Shown here: piece by piece, positions 63,767 through 64,000 of the stretch
How the letters are laid out: each line of letters starts with the position of its first letter
How positions within the stretch are numbered: the stretch's first letter is position 1
Assembly (NCBI GenBank): GCA_017411745.1
Contig: JAFQPM010000025.1
Coordinates: forward strand, 1,595-65,594
Length of the DNA: 64,000 bases
Direction: 5' to 3'
Origin: Clostridia bacterium
GTDB lineage: Bacteria > Bacillota > Clostridia > Oscillospirales > CAG-272
Made by a program: the position numbers and the translations under genes
Notes under the pieces: model-generated
The model's database searches: none
What the model was told of the DNA's origin: nothing
The model's input: the letters and a program-made list of their open reading frames with translations, nothing else

Positions 63767-63866
63767 ACAAGACGAAAAACAAAAATCCGACACGAAATCC
63801 ACTCTACCGGTGGTTGTTTTCTCCTCACTCAACCAACGGTGTGTGGATTTTATGTGCTTTTGCGGT

Positions 63867-64000
63867 TATACTGTAGGCGAAAGGAGGATAGCGTGAAAAC
63901 GACTTCCGTCTAAAATATACTTTTTCACGCGTAACATTTGCCGTTACGGCAAAATTAGCGATTACTATTTGTGCTGTCGTCAGCGGCAGAATGGAGATTA
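63867..64000 (+). promoter_or_regulatory. Putative -10 box plus conserved leader (copy B of the PadR-operon leader), truncated by the window end
   Basis: TATACT lies at 63867-63872. The following sequence aligns block by block with the minus-strand leader 7332-7199: AAGGAGG..ATAGCGT.AAA, CTTTTTCACGCG, TTTGCC-loop-GGCAAA, GATTNCTATTTGTGCTGTCG and GCGGCNGAATGGAGATTTA. Confidence 0.6.

Overview
The window looks like a Clostridia-type Firmicutes chromosome segment. It has many near-consensus TTGACA-17-TATAAT promoters, long AGGAGG-type Shine-Dalgarno sites, hairpin plus U-tract terminators and frequent ATGA start/stop overlaps. I call about 53 CDS, one tRNA-Trp and one purine-riboswitch-like leader. 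I see no rRNA, CRISPR array, transposase or integrase.

Core metabolism:
- PFOR (partial; the ORF track misses it because the frame is open at the window edge), M18 aminopeptidase, fba, serC-serA and lysC.
- ychF-trmB-truB.
- xpt followed by a riboswitch-controlled BMP/ABC nucleoside uptake operon and a nucleoside hydrolase.
- A stand-alone GMP synthase ATP-PPase subunit.

Glycan genes:
- GH78-like, GH38, GH39-like and DUF5722-like enzymes.
- A 1678-aa secreted protein that shares a repeated module with a neighbouring membrane-anchored protein.

Envelope genes:
- An LtaS-like gene followed by a YidC-TagF fusion.
- PadR-DUF1700-DUF4097, MscS, and an OmpR-type regulator with HtrA.

Most interesting observations:
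1. An AT-rich, self-contained three-gene operon at 8364-11703: a 2TM/beta-rich protein, an EcoRI-family m6A methyltransferase and a DUF262-HNH nuclease. I do not recognise it as a named system, and it is my best candidate for a new defence module.
2. A second AT-rich segment abutting the 3' end of tRNA-Trp. It carries an Avd/IVS-like four-helix-bundle gene coupled to a tiny membrane protein, plus a divergent array of covarying mini-hairpins each attached to GTGAAAT.
3. A strongly signalled 41-codon peptide gene that is absent from the ORF track.
4. A MazF toxin with a C-terminal tail and no full-length antitoxin.
5. A purine riboswitch with a conserved core but a non-canonical P2/L2.
6. A roughly 130-nt PadR leader present in two diverged copies.

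All family assignments come from motif recognition by eye. No searches were run.
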